This document shows positions 48,652 to 58,542 of a stretch of DNA of 64,000 nt, piece after piece. Position numbers and translations under genes: made by a program. The DNA is taken from positions 32,001 to 96,000 of the IMG/VR virus record IMGVR_UViG_3300046820_003928. One strand, 5' to 3'. This DNA is from a virus. The number at the start of each line of letters is the position of its first letter. Position 1 is the first letter of the stretch. The notes beneath the pieces are model-generated. The model did no database searches and was not told the origin of the DNA. It was given only the letters and a program-made list of their open reading frames with translations.

Positions 48652-49035
48652 TTAATCACCGATTTTGTATGTCGTCTTTCTCCGATAATAAACAGTGCGC
48701 TTTGGATTGTAAGGGGACATTGAAATCATCTCAACGGAGTCATCAGATACAACCTCTTTTAGCTTTAGAGCGCTTCCTGATGCCGCCTTGTATGCCTTCT
48801 CAATTTCCTTCACTCTGTCCTTGATCTTTACGACAGACTCTTCTGCTTGAGCTCTTAGCTGGTCTCTTGGGTTTATTCCCATTACGACATTTGCTATCGT
48901 CGTGTACGTAAAGACAATGACATCTCCCTGCATTGTGCTTTTTATGGAGTGTGTCGGGGATGCAACAGTTGAGCTAGCACCCCAGGTGTCATTTAGAATC
49001 TGTCCAAGAATATTGACCTCTTGTGTGCTAAGCAT
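48652..49035 (-). CDS. Hypothetical protein
   Basis: Abuts the terminase start; operon-packed. Confidence 0.65.
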   Translation of the reverse strand: MLSTQEVNILGQILNDTWGASSTVASPTHSIKSTMQGDVIVFTYTTIANVVMGINPRDQLRAQAEESVVKIKDRVKEIEKAYKAASGSALKLKEVVSDDSVEMISMSPYNPKRTVYYRRKTTYKIGD

Positions 49036-49276
49036 TGTAACCTCTTTGTCGACGAATTAGTTGCATTCTACTGTTGATATACATATCTATCTGCTCACGT
49101 GATGGCCTCCACCCGGATAGCCACTCGGATTGGCGTGCCTCAACAAGCGTCATAGCACATTCTTGACACATCTCAAATTTCTCAAAATACATCCAGTCCC
49201 TGTTTGCATCATGTGGAAATTCACATGTACCACAGAAAAATGGCATCGAATCAACATGAGACTTTTGCGAATCCAT
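49028..49276 (-). CDS. Small Zn-binding hypothetical protein
   Basis: FCGTC...CQEC, W..GWRP; probable start ATG 49276. Confidence 0.55.
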   Translation of the reverse strand: MDSQKSHVDSMPFFCGTCEFPHDANRDWMYFEKFEMCQECAMTLVEARQSEWLSGWRPSREQIDMYINSRMQLIRRQRGYNA

Positions 49277-52200
49277 CTTCCCATCCAATGTCGACAACAT
49301 TATCAACAATATCCTTGATTGCATCAACATGTGAAATAATAAGAATGTTTTTGAAATAAGTTTTTAGATTAGTTAGAAGTCTAGCACAGGCTTCGAGATT
49401 GCTGTCGTCGAGTGCACCAAATCCCTCGTCGATTATGAACATGCTTGACTTAGGAAGAGAAGAAATATTGGTAAGTGCGACACGGATCGCTATCGAAGCA
49501 ATCATTTTCTCCATACCAGATCCAAGCTCAATAAGGCGCTTGTTATCACCATAGTTCAAATAGATCTCAACAGAATTTGAATCATCACAGTCTATTTCAA
49601 CTGTGAATCCTGCGATCCCATCAAGAATCTCTCCGATCTCCTGATTGATCTTGGGAAGTGCATGTGAAATAATCTCTTGGGGCACACCTTTCTTAGAAAA
49701 TGCAAGCTCGAGAGTCTCTAGAATCCTAAGTGCCCTGATAGATGAGTTAATTTCACTGATCTGGTTCTTAATGTGTCGGATCTTTTCAGTTTGAATTCCT
49801 ATCTCTGTTGCAATCTTGATAAGTCTAGATTCGCAGTCCTTTAGGTCTCTTTCAAGGTCTGAGATTAGTTTCTCATCTGATTCATTGGTATCTCTGGTAA
49901 GCTCAGAAATTTCAATGATTCGCCTGTTGATTGTAGAAAGATTAGTCTCTCGAGAAGCTATTCTTTCGTTTAGAATTTCCTCTTTGGAATGTTTTGCCTT
50001 AAGATCAGACTCAAGCTCCCTGGATAGATCTTTTATTTTCTTAGCTTTTTCAAGGGCAGCAACAGGATTGTCTCTCTCAAGTGCTGACGCCCGATTTTTA
50101 AGGATGTCGATGGCACGCTGCTTCATAGTAACCTGCGATTCAGCTACAGGAAGCTTCTCCTTGTTAGCGTGTGACTGACAGATGAACTGGCAGGTCGGGT
50201 ACTGACCCATACATGGTACAACGTCTAGAAGTTCAACAGACTTAAGGAGAGTGTCTCTTTCACGCTGTCTTGAATTGAGATCTTTCTCTTCAGAAATAAT
50301 TTGCTTTCTAATGTCAGTCTGATCTACAGCCATCTTCTCGAGATCTGAGAAGTTAATGCCTTCGAGTGCAGACTGGGCTCGCGTCGACTTGTCCTTGATT
50401 GATTCAATCTTTTCTTCTAGAGAAGACTTTTCCTGTCTAATCTTCTCAAGTTCAGACTCGATGGATGCTTTTTCACTTTCGAGACGAGACAGCTCCCTTC
50501 TGTTCTTTATTTGATCATGTGGGACTTTGCTTGTGGCGTCATTTATCTTGTCACGCAGAGATCCGATCTTTGTCTGGGTCTCTTCTTTTTCCTGCTCAAG
50601 ATTTTCAATCTTGTCCTCGCAGATCTTAATTTGCTCATTGCATTCAATTTCAGATCCGGCAAGTTTTAGCTTCGTCTTGTAAGGAGCAATGTCTGACTTT
50701 ACCTTGTTGTTAAGATCTTCAAAATAATCAATGTCAAGAAATCTTGTTAGCATTTGCTTTCTTGCTGTAGACTTCTCATTGATGAAGAGATTCATGTTTC
50801 CCTGGGGAGAGAGACATGTGTAGAAAAAGTCATCTGATGTCCCAATTAGGCGACGCAAGACCTTTTCTGTCTCTCTTCTCTGTTCATCGTTTAGGTCTAC
50901 ATGCTCAGCAAGTCCGTTCTCAACCTTTGAAACAGAAAGAGTTGTGCTTGCCCAGACTTCTGACTTTTTAGGGTAGTTCTTGACTGTCTCTCTGGTGATC
51001 TCGTATTCATCAGAAGAAACTGACAGATTAATCTTTGTTTTGCAAAATTCCTTTTTTGAATTTATCACGTGAAGATTTTTCATACTTCCACGATCCGTGG
51101 TATTGAAAAGTCCGTATGTAATAGATCCAATAATAGAAGACTTGCCAGATCGATTCTTTCCAAAGATGCCTGTTATTCCAGGAAGCTTTCTAAAATCGAT
51201 GCTGTTGCTATCGCCATAGGCAAACAGATTGTCAAAATCAATCTTATTAAGATCCCACTTAACATTTCTTACTTCATCTTCAGCACCTTGTCTTGACTTT
51301 AGATAAAAGTCTAGCTTCTGAAGTGTTTCAGATTCTATCTCGCTGGGAAGCTCTCTTCTTTTTATGAAATCCACAAGAGACTGTTTGACATCAATTGTAG
51401 AAATTTCTTGAACTCTTTCGGGCGTCGAAATAACCGAATCAGCGAGAGTTTTGTATGTTATCTCAACAGGAGAGCATGACGATTCTACAAGATTGCAAAT
51501 CTCTCTTACTTTAATCGCATCCCGTGTTTTAATGTCAAATCTTACTCTTGCCTGGCCGGGGATTGACTTGACAATTTGCTCTGGATGATGAACGTCATCA
51601 ATCTCAACAGTTAAAAACGGGTGTACGTTTTTAACAGAATGAAATTCAACATCAAAATCATTCTTTGATCTGATATCCCAGACAAGAAATCCCTTTCGGT
51701 TTTCTTCAGAATAATTTTGCTGGATAGTTGATCCCGGGTAAGCGATAGTTCTTTGCTTGTTTAGAAACTGTCGCTTGTGAATGTCACCAAGCAGAGAAAA
51801 ATCAAATCTTTCAAAGAAGCTTAAATTTGTCTCTCCCTCTAGCTCGTAGTCTGTATCAGAAACAGCGCCCTTCACAGATCCGTGATAAAGCGCAATATTC
51901 ACCTTACTAGGGTCGATTTTTACATCTTCCCAAGGCTCTCTGTCAAACAGGGAAAAGACATGAAAAAGAACATCAGGATCGAGCGTCTCGTAGGTTCCTG
52001 ACTTCTTCATAAGTCTAATTCTTGGATTGTTTAGCGTGGATATGATCGGAGAGATTGCATCTTGCCGATTCTTGTTCATGATTAGTCCATCATGATTGCC
52101 AAGAATGACATCAACAGGTGCAATCTTTGCAAGAGATTCAAACCACCAGCTTAGAATGTCAATAAGCTCTGGAGTAATTCCCTGTGTCTTAGAATGGACA

Positions 52201-52334
52201 ATGTCACCGCCGATATAAATCAGATCGGGGTTTATTTCTCGAAGTGAGTTAAATGCATCTTCGAAAGCGATCTTGTATTCACTGTGCCTAGCAAGGCCAC
52301 GAAAATGAATGTCGGCAAAGTGCGCAATTTTCAT
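49251..52334 (-). CDS. Fused Mre11/SbcD nuclease - Rad50/SbcC ATPase (gp47-gp46)
   Basis: HFADIH, GGDIVH, LGNHD, LGDIHK; then GKNRSGKSS, Q-loop SPQG, coiled coils, LGSGMEK, IIDEGFGALD, IISH. Confidence 0.92.
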   Translation of the reverse strand: MKIAHFADIHFRGLARHSEYKIAFEDAFNSLREINPDLIYIGGDIVHSKTQGITPELIDILSWWFESLAKIAPVDVILGNHDGLIMNKNRQDAISPIISTLNNPRIRLMKKSGTYETLDPDVLFHVFSLFDREPWEDVKIDPSKVNIALYHGSVKGAVSDTDYELEGETNLSFFERFDFSLLGDIHKRQFLNKQRTIAYPGSTIQQNYSEENRKGFLVWDIRSKNDFDVEFHSVKNVHPFLTVEIDDVHHPEQIVKSIPGQARVRFDIKTRDAIKVREICNLVESSCSPVEITYKTLADSVISTPERVQEISTIDVKQSLVDFIKRRELPSEIESETLQKLDFYLKSRQGAEDEVRNVKWDLNKIDFDNLFAYGDSNSIDFRKLPGITGIFGKNRSGKSSIIGSITYGLFNTTDRGSMKNLHVINSKKEFCKTKINLSVSSDEYEITRETVKNYPKKSEVWASTTLSVSKVENGLAEHVDLNDEQRRETEKVLRRLIGTSDDFFYTCLSPQGNMNLFINEKSTARKQMLTRFLDIDYFEDLNNKVKSDIAPYKTKLKLAGSEIECNEQIKICEDKIENLEQEKEETQTKIGSLRDKINDATSKVPHDQIKNRRELSRLESEKASIESELEKIRQEKSSLEEKIESIKDKSTRAQSALEGINFSDLEKMAVDQTDIRKQIISEEKDLNSRQRERDTLLKSVELLDVVPCMGQYPTCQFICQSHANKEKLPVAESQVTMKQRAIDILKNRASALERDNPVAALEKAKKIKDLSRELESDLKAKHSKEEILNERIASRETNLSTINRRIIEISELTRDTNESDEKLISDLERDLKDCESRLIKIATEIGIQTEKIRHIKNQISEINSSIRALRILETLELAFSKKGVPQEIISHALPKINQEIGEILDGIAGFTVEIDCDDSNSVEIYLNYGDNKRLIELGSGMEKMIASIAIRVALTNISSLPKSSMFIIDEGFGALDDSNLEACARLLTNLKTYFKNILIISHVDAIKDIVDNVVDIGWEDGFAKVSC

Positions 52335-52340
52335 AGATCA

Positions 52341-52369
52341 ACTATACGTGTGAATTTACTAGAATTCAA
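52341..52369 (-). promoter_or_regulatory. Sigma70-like promoter TTGAAT-17-TATAGT, 6 nt from ATG
   Basis: Near-consensus hexamers with a 17-nt spacer and no room for an SD. Confidence 0.6.
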
Positions 52370-52653
52370 TTTCTAAGCTTCTTTATTACCCGTGCCATCT
52401 CAACGATTTTTTCGTCAAGTTCAGGAATTCCAGTCTCATCTCCGCTCATTCCGTCATAGAGATCAATTGCCGCTCTAATGAGAGAGAAAAGTGCGTATCT
52501 TGTTGTGACAAAATCGTCGTCACATTTGCATGATCCTGAGCAGCCGCAGCCATCTGTAGCTGGCGGATCATCGATGTCTCCGGGTAGGTCCTTCCTTCGA
52601 TAGATTGCATCATCAGATAGGATCTTTCTTATTATTTCTCTTATGTTCTGCAT
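52366..52653 (-). CDS. Small hypothetical protein with Cys cluster
   Basis: MQNIREIIRKILSD...GCGCSGSCKC; late motif GTGATAGTTA at 52661-52670, 7 nt upstream. Confidence 0.6.
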   Translation of the reverse strand: MQNIREIIRKILSDDAIYRRKDLPGDIDDPPATDGCGCSGSCKCDDDFVTTRYALFSLIRAAIDLYDGMSGDETGIPELDEKIVEMARVIKKLRN

Positions 52654-52666
52654 GATGATATAACTA

Positions 52667-53632
52667 TCACAGAATTGAGCCACTTCTAATTGAATGAATG
52701 CGAGAAAGAAGGGAAGTCCTAGCAGACCAATCTGTTATTCTCGCTACAGATTCCTCGATCTCATCCCGACTCATGCTTCCTAGGTCTTTTTGATCAGGAA
52801 TATTCATAAACTGAACCTTGCATCCGTATTCTACAAGAGAGTCAGCAATTTTTTTTGCCTTGTCTTGTGCATCATGATCAAGTGCCATTATAACGTGTGA
52901 TTCATTGAGGACAAGTTTTCTGAAAATTAGGCTTGTAGGTAACAGAGAGGATCCAAGAATAACAGCACTATTTCTGTTCAGGCTGATTTGGTCAAAAACA
53001 CCTTCAACAAGGAATATTGGTTCATCCCAGTTTATGTCACATTCATTAAAAATAATTGAAGTCTTATCGACCTTTGAATTAATGTACCTGTATCTTGACT
53101 GATCGTCGATACTTCTAGAGACAAAGTAGTTTTCGTCTCCCTGATCATCGAGAGAGATAAAAAAGATTCGTCTGGGGTCTCTTCCAGTGGGTGTCATTCC
53201 AATTCGATATCGATACATTTCTGGTTCATTGACACCACGAGAAGACAGATAAGATATTGCTGCCCTTACGTTTGGAGATCTCGATCCAAGTAGATTTACG
53301 ATAGGAACAAAACCCTCTGGATACTCAAAGACAATCTCTTCTTCTTTTTCAGCAATATCTTTGATAATGTGCTGGTTGAGAAACTTTTCTCGATAAAGGT
53401 TGACAAGCTCTCGAGATTTTGATTTTCTTAAAATCGGAACAAGAGTCTTGCCTTTTTCATTGCAAACCCAGCAGTGAAAGCTCCAAGTGCTCAAAGAGAT
53501 TGAAAGCTTTTTCTTTTTTGCGTCTTTGCAGAGTGGGCAAGAAACAGCAATATCCTCTCCGCTTCGAGAGACTATTCCCTTTCCAAAGGTTCTCTCGATG
53601 AAAGATACTTTCTCAGTTATTGTTGGTTGCAC
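52667..53632 (-). CDS. DNA primase (gp61/DnaG-like)
   Basis: CPLC...FHCWVC Zn finger, YLSSRG, TOPRIM LVEGVFD and ALDHDA, KDLG; start reassigned to GTG 53632. Confidence 0.9.
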   Translation of the reverse strand: MQPTITEKVSFIERTFGKGIVSRSGEDIAVSCPLCKDAKKKKLSISLSTWSFHCWVCNEKGKTLVPILRKSKSRELVNLYREKFLNQHIIKDIAEKEEEIVFEYPEGFVPIVNLLGSRSPNVRAAISYLSSRGVNEPEMYRYRIGMTPTGRDPRRIFFISLDDQGDENYFVSRSIDDQSRYRYINSKVDKTSIIFNECDINWDEPIFLVEGVFDQISLNRNSAVILGSSLLPTSLIFRKLVLNESHVIMALDHDAQDKAKKIADSLVEYGCKVQFMNIPDQKDLGSMSRDEIEESVARITDWSARTSLLSRIHSIRSGSIL

Positions 53633-53654
53633 ATATAAGATTCTATGTGAAGAC

Positions 53655-54188
53655 CTACTCTTTACAACCCATCGATCCCGCAAGGGCTATAACATAGGCA
53701 TCTGCCATATCATAGGCGATCTCTTTGATCTCACCAGATTTCTTCAAAGGCCAGTCAATGCTTACTTGACTTGACACCCACTCAAAGACTTTCTGCTTTG
53801 TATTTTTTGTTTTGTCTTTGTGATCAATTTTGATCTTTAGGTGGTTTCTTGCGTTTGTTACATTGAGAGACACTGGATCAACTTGAAAAACCTGGTATGA
53901 GACATAGCTGCAAGCTCCGTTGAATCTTGCAAGCGTATTGATAGTGTGTGCAGAAGAGAGGCCCCTTCTAAATGAACTCAAGTTCTGCTCGATGAAGACT
54001 CTATCGACATTGAAGTCTTTCTTGATGACTTGTAATCGCTCTTTCACAAACTCACACTTTTCTGAAAATGATGTGTGCTTGGTTAGAACGATAGGCTCTA
54101 TGTGGACAATTTTCCCAGAAGAATCAAGGCAACAAACACCTGTGCAAGATGTTGAAATGTCAAGTCCCATCACAACGCTAGAAGTCAT
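53655..54188 (-). CDS. ruvC: RuvC-like Holliday junction resolvase
   Basis: GLDISTSCTG, VFIEQ, L.RFNG, DMADAYVIA. Confidence 0.85.
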   Translation of the reverse strand: MTSSVVMGLDISTSCTGVCCLDSSGKIVHIEPIVLTKHTSFSEKCEFVKERLQVIKKDFNVDRVFIEQNLSSFRRGLSSAHTINTLARFNGACSYVSYQVFQVDPVSLNVTNARNHLKIKIDHKDKTKNTKQKVFEWVSSQVSIDWPLKKSGEIKEIAYDMADAYVIALAGSMGCKE

Positions 54189-56514
54189 ATCTCAGCCTAA
54201 AGGTAATTTCATCTCCCTCTCTCTTTTGAACAACTTGAGAGAGATTTGCACGCATAACAATGTTGAAGTTTTCATCGTGCAGGTTTATTCCAGAAATATA
54301 CACGAAGTCTTCTGCCTGTTCTGATATTAGATTTGTTGGTGGGAAACTCTTGTATGTCTGATTATTTGATTTATTGAATAGATCGGATCTAGCAGGTACA
54401 GAGAAGTTTGCAACTGTCTTTCTCATTTCTCCCCTGAAGCTTATCTCGAATGAGTTTTTTCCAAAGAAAGAAAGGTGAGGAGAGATGATAGTGATAATTC
54501 CGTGATCATAAAAGACAGAACCTACACGATTCCAGGCTGCAGCCTTGGTAGAAGAGTCTGATCTATAAATGTTTCCCCTAGAATCATCTCGAAGGGTCAT
54601 GGATAGACCTCCAGACCCAGAAAGAGAAGAATCTGTCATGACAAGAGTCCCAGGGACTATTCTTGTCATATAGTAGAGGCTTGGAACAGAGAACATGACT
54701 GACCTATTTGAGCTATTATCAATAGATCTCGTAGTAGTAGATCCATAATTGACATTCTGGTATAGAGGCAAGTATGGATCAGATCCGTCATAGCTAAAGT
54801 CATCAAAGGCGACGGAAGGAACGTAGATTCCAGCCGGAACAAGAGAGTCCATCGAAATTAGCATTGAAGATGTTCCAAATCCAATTTCTTTGAATCTAGA
54901 TCTATCTTTCTCTAGAACAGAAAATGAGGGCTCAAAATTTCCATCATCGCAGGGAAGAATAAAAAAGTTTCTTGCTCTATTTTTTTGCTGCTGCATTAGC
55001 AGCTGCTCAACAGTTCCATCACGAGAATCAAAAGGTGTAGTTACAACAGTCCCTTCAGACATGTTATAGGCTCGAGATTGCTTGACCCTTGCGAAATCAA
55101 TTGTGAAATTTTGAAGATTAACAAAGGTTGAATTATATCCGGATGCAAGACTAAAAGATACTGGGCTATCAGTGCGCTGTGAAGATATCGAAGTGGGTGT
55201 ATAGTAGGTAAACACTGCAGAAGGAATTGATGAAGTAAAAAACGGAGGGAGGAAGAAAGCGGGCCCAGTTGTTTCTGGAGAGTCAACAATTATATCATTG
55301 ATGTTTGAAACTTCAGAATCTGTGATGTATCTCTTGAATAGCGTTAGATTGTGAATTTCTGCGTTTAGAGGGTGACTAAATCCAAATCCTACAGGGTCAG
55401 TTGTACTTCCTACAGGATCTATTAGAGTCCCGTAATTTATCGCGGCAAAAGTGTTGAAAAACTTGGATATTCTGTCTCCGCTATTGTAATAGTTTCCAAT
55501 CACAAGTGCATCAGATGAAAGACCTGTTGATATTGAACTACTTGGAATGTTGAAGATGAATCTTTTTTCATCAATGTTTATCGAACAGTCTCCGTAGCTT
55601 CTTGTGCTTCCTCCCCATCTAATTGTAACTCGATGCCAGCTGTCTCTCTTCAGCTCCTCAGGAGGCGAAAATATAAGATTTGCAGGAAATGAAAGTGGGA
55701 TAGAGGAAGCATCAATGCTGGATGGCGCAATATCAGCACTCTGACTAAGCTGCAACAAGACTCTAAATGTATCTGGTTTTCCATCAATCCCAACAATTGA
55801 TCCGCTTATCAGAGAAACGCAGATAGAAGAAGAAAGATGAAATACTGTCCCAGCTCTAAAATGCCCAGTTTCGTCGATAGGTGCCCTCGGCTTGATGAAA
55901 AAGTCAAGGCTGAACGGACCTTCGGGCGTATAGTCTCTAATTCCGTCAATGTTTGGAAAATTTGGAAATACAAGAGCTGAGCTTGTTCCAAAGTTGCTGG
56001 AAGAGACAAAGTTCAAGCTGTTGTAGTTTGTGTAAGCATTGAAAGAAAGAGGGTTCTGGATTCTCTGTTCTCTCATTAGAACATGTGTGGCGGATTTTCT
56101 TTGAAAATTTATCCATTCTCCAGGATCTTGATCTGCTCCTCCGCTTGGTCCTTCAATGACTGAAGGTGGAGATGAATATCTAACGGGATATGTTGTTGAA
56201 AACTGCTGTGCATTCACAGCAGAGTCAGTTGCACTTCGAAGATACGTCTCCATGATCGTACTGACATCTAATACACCAGAGATGACTTGCTGACTTGCGT
56301 CATACAGGAAGTCATCATCTGCTGTAACGCCATCTGTCTCAACAAATCTCGTACCTGATCTTTCTCCTACAAAAGACCTGATCGTTTGTGACTGATTTGA
56401 AAAGATATCAACTGATCCAGTCAGGCCCGAAGATGAAGAGGAAAACGATCGGCTTGGTTGTAATACAAGCGTCGTTACCTCTATCAGATCCGGGCTGATC
56501 TCGATGACAGACAT
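54178..56514 (-). CDS. Virion structural protein with LamG/ConA-like domain
   Basis: FSLDFFIKP, WHRVTIRW, LVIGN; C-terminal YISGINLHDENFNIVMRANLS. Confidence 0.6.
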   Translation of the reverse strand: MSVIEISPDLIEVTTLVLQPSRSFSSSSSGLTGSVDIFSNQSQTIRSFVGERSGTRFVETDGVTADDDFLYDASQQVISGVLDVSTIMETYLRSATDSAVNAQQFSTTYPVRYSSPPSVIEGPSGGADQDPGEWINFQRKSATHVLMREQRIQNPLSFNAYTNYNSLNFVSSSNFGTSSALVFPNFPNIDGIRDYTPEGPFSLDFFIKPRAPIDETGHFRAGTVFHLSSSICVSLISGSIVGIDGKPDTFRVLLQLSQSADIAPSSIDASSIPLSFPANLIFSPPEELKRDSWHRVTIRWGGSTRSYGDCSINIDEKRFIFNIPSSSISTGLSSDALVIGNYYNSGDRISKFFNTFAAINYGTLIDPVGSTTDPVGFGFSHPLNAEIHNLTLFKRYITDSEVSNINDIIVDSPETTGPAFFLPPFFTSSIPSAVFTYYTPTSISSQRTDSPVSFSLASGYNSTFVNLQNFTIDFARVKQSRAYNMSEGTVVTTPFDSRDGTVEQLLMQQQKNRARNFFILPCDDGNFEPSFSVLEKDRSRFKEIGFGTSSMLISMDSLVPAGIYVPSVAFDDFSYDGSDPYLPLYQNVNYGSTTTRSIDNSSNRSVMFSVPSLYYMTRIVPGTLVMTDSSLSGSGGLSMTLRDDSRGNIYRSDSSTKAAAWNRVGSVFYDHGIITIISPHLSFFGKNSFEISFRGEMRKTVANFSVPARSDLFNKSNNQTYKSFPPTNLISEQAEDFVYISGINLHDENFNIVMRANLSQVVQKREGDEITFRLRYDF

Positions 56515-56520
56515 AACACC

Positions 56521-57807
56521 TCAGTAGTCGAGTCTTACTCTAAATGACAGCTTCTTTTCGTCATTTTTCTCAACAGGTCTCGAAAGTTTTGCAACTGCAA
56601 GAAGGTTATCTGCAGCATCGTAGAGTCCGATCGTTGTAATAAACGTAAAGGACTTCTGTGTTGTCTCTTCGCCCTGATCAATTACAACTATTCTTCCATC
56701 AGAATCTGTGAATGTCGGGTTTGATGAATAGTTGAACTCATCTGCAGAGGCCTCACAGAACACCAGTGTTGAATTGATTGCAGTAAGATTCTGGAATGTG
56801 ATAGCAGTGTCGTTAGAATTGCTAGAATTTCCAAATCTAACCGAAGCTAAGTGATTGATGATGTCATCCATTGAAGAGGATACAACAAAGTCTGGAATGA
56901 ATCTGGCAGATGGATTTTCAACAGCTGACCAAACATTTCTTCCGATAAACGTTGTTCCTGCCTGGGTGGTGACTCCGCCAAATGTATCAGATGCAGTTGC
57001 TGCACTGATTACTCCGCTCATATGCTGCGATGAAAAGAACACCTTTTCCATGTCAAGGACAGCGATTCCCTGATCGTAGAAGATCAAGCCCACGTTCTGC
57101 GAGGTGTTAGATGCATTTATCAAATTTGAAACAGTTCCACCATAGGTAAACTGGGGAGCTGATCCGGCGCCTGCATCGGTGACAATAAATGATCCTGATG
57201 CAGCAGGATAGTCTATGTTAGATGCTGTCAGGGTGTTTCTGATTGACTTCTCATATGCAGAAGCATTGACAGATCCGTCAAGGGCTGCCGATGCGAAGAT
57301 CTTCATTGCGAATGTTTCGTGCTTTATTCCATCTCTTGAAAAGAGTCTCTTAAATGGAATAAAGACCGCAGCGTCAATTTTGTCATCGGTTCCAGCATTT
57401 GTAAAAGGAGAGGTAAACTGAGCGTTTGCATTCCCGAGTAGAATCTGCGCAAACTGACTGTAGACTTGAACCTTCTCTCTCATCATTGCAGTATTTGAAT
57501 CAAATGTAAGCTTACCAGCAGTGTCAACTCCGTATCCAGGAGCTCCTGTAACGAGTGTGCTAGAAGCAAAAAGACCAACTGTTATGTCAAACATCTCGTT
57601 GGCGGTTGCAAGAGTAAAATCTTGATCAAAGACTGTCTGGAATAAAGAAGACGTGATAGATGCAGCACCAGATCCAGAAATGAAAACTTCATATGCCTTT
57701 CTGGTTGCTGATCCGCTGACACTTTCCTGGACAACATCGACAAGCTGATTTAGAAAAGACTTTGCTGTCTTTATGTCTTTAGGTCCGATACCTTTGTAGA
57801 CTGGCAT
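56521..57807 (-). CDS. Virion structural (baseplate/tail-collar-like) protein
   Basis: FNYSSNPTF, FITTIGLYDAADNLLAVAKLSRPVEK...FRVRLDY. Confidence 0.65.
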   Translation of the reverse strand: MPVYKGIGPKDIKTAKSFLNQLVDVVQESVSGSATRKAYEVFISGSGAASITSSLFQTVFDQDFTLATANEMFDITVGLFASSTLVTGAPGYGVDTAGKLTFDSNTAMMREKVQVYSQFAQILLGNANAQFTSPFTNAGTDDKIDAAVFIPFKRLFSRDGIKHETFAMKIFASAALDGSVNASAYEKSIRNTLTASNIDYPAASGSFIVTDAGAGSAPQFTYGGTVSNLINASNTSQNVGLIFYDQGIAVLDMEKVFFSSQHMSGVISAATASDTFGGVTTQAGTTFIGRNVWSAVENPSARFIPDFVVSSSMDDIINHLASVRFGNSSNSNDTAITFQNLTAINSTLVFCEASADEFNYSSNPTFTDSDGRIVVIDQGEETTQKSFTFITTIGLYDAADNLLAVAKLSRPVEKNDEKKLSFRVRLDY

Positions 57808-57816
57808 TTTTTATCC

Positions 57817-58521
57817 TTACTGTGTAGTTGTAACGTTGACCTGAATGTCAGTTCTCTGACCTGAATTTCTTCCAATTATTGCAACGTATGTTGTGATGTA
57901 TGAAGTTCCAGGAATTTTATATGCAAGTTGAGTTGCTGCAGGAACAGACTGTGGCACGATGCTAAAGGAAAGCTGCGAAAGCGGGTTTGTTGCAGATGTT
58001 GAGCTTGCCGGGAATGTGTAAGTTGCAACGTTTGTTGAAGAAATAGACGTCGGAGTAGTTACATTGTTAGAAAAAGCACGAAGAAAACGATTATCAAGGT
58101 AGACAAAGAAGTCATCATCGATAAGCTCAGGAGGACAAGAAAATCCATCTGCTATTGTTAGCTGTACACTTACTGCCTGAGCTGATTTGCTGGAAAAGTT
58201 CAAAGAAATTGCACCAACAGGAGAGATCTCAAAAGTCGGAAGGTAAGTTACAACATTTGAAACTGTCGATACGCTAACAAGACTATTTCTAAGGGCAATA
58301 TTTGGATTCGTAAGGGCCTCGAAGACAGGTGTGTTCTTTTCTATCTTCTCTTTTCCAACTGTTCGACCGTATTGCTCTATGATTCCATAGTCAACTTCAT
58401 CATCAGCAAGCGCAAACTTCGTAATAACAAATCGACCCTGTGAGGCAAGTAGCCTTCTACCTGTATCTGTAAGAACAGCGTCAAGGATGATGTTGTTCGT
58501 GCTCTGGTCTAAGAAACCCAT
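57817..58521 (-). CDS. Virion structural (baseplate wedge-like) protein
   Basis: MGFLD...ILDAVLTDTGRRLLA...ITKFALADDEVDY; upstream late motif. Confidence 0.65.
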   Translation of the reverse strand: MGFLDQSTNNIILDAVLTDTGRRLLASQGRFVITKFALADDEVDYGIIEQYGRTVGKEKIEKNTPVFEALTNPNIALRNSLVSVSTVSNVVTYLPTFEISPVGAISLNFSSKSAQAVSVQLTIADGFSCPPELIDDDFFVYLDNRFLRAFSNNVTTPTSISSTNVATYTFPASSTSATNPLSQLSFSIVPQSVPAATQLAYKIPGTSYITTYVAIIGRNSGQRTDIQVNVTTTQ

Positions 58522-58542
58522 ATTCTTCTAACCTCTCATCTT

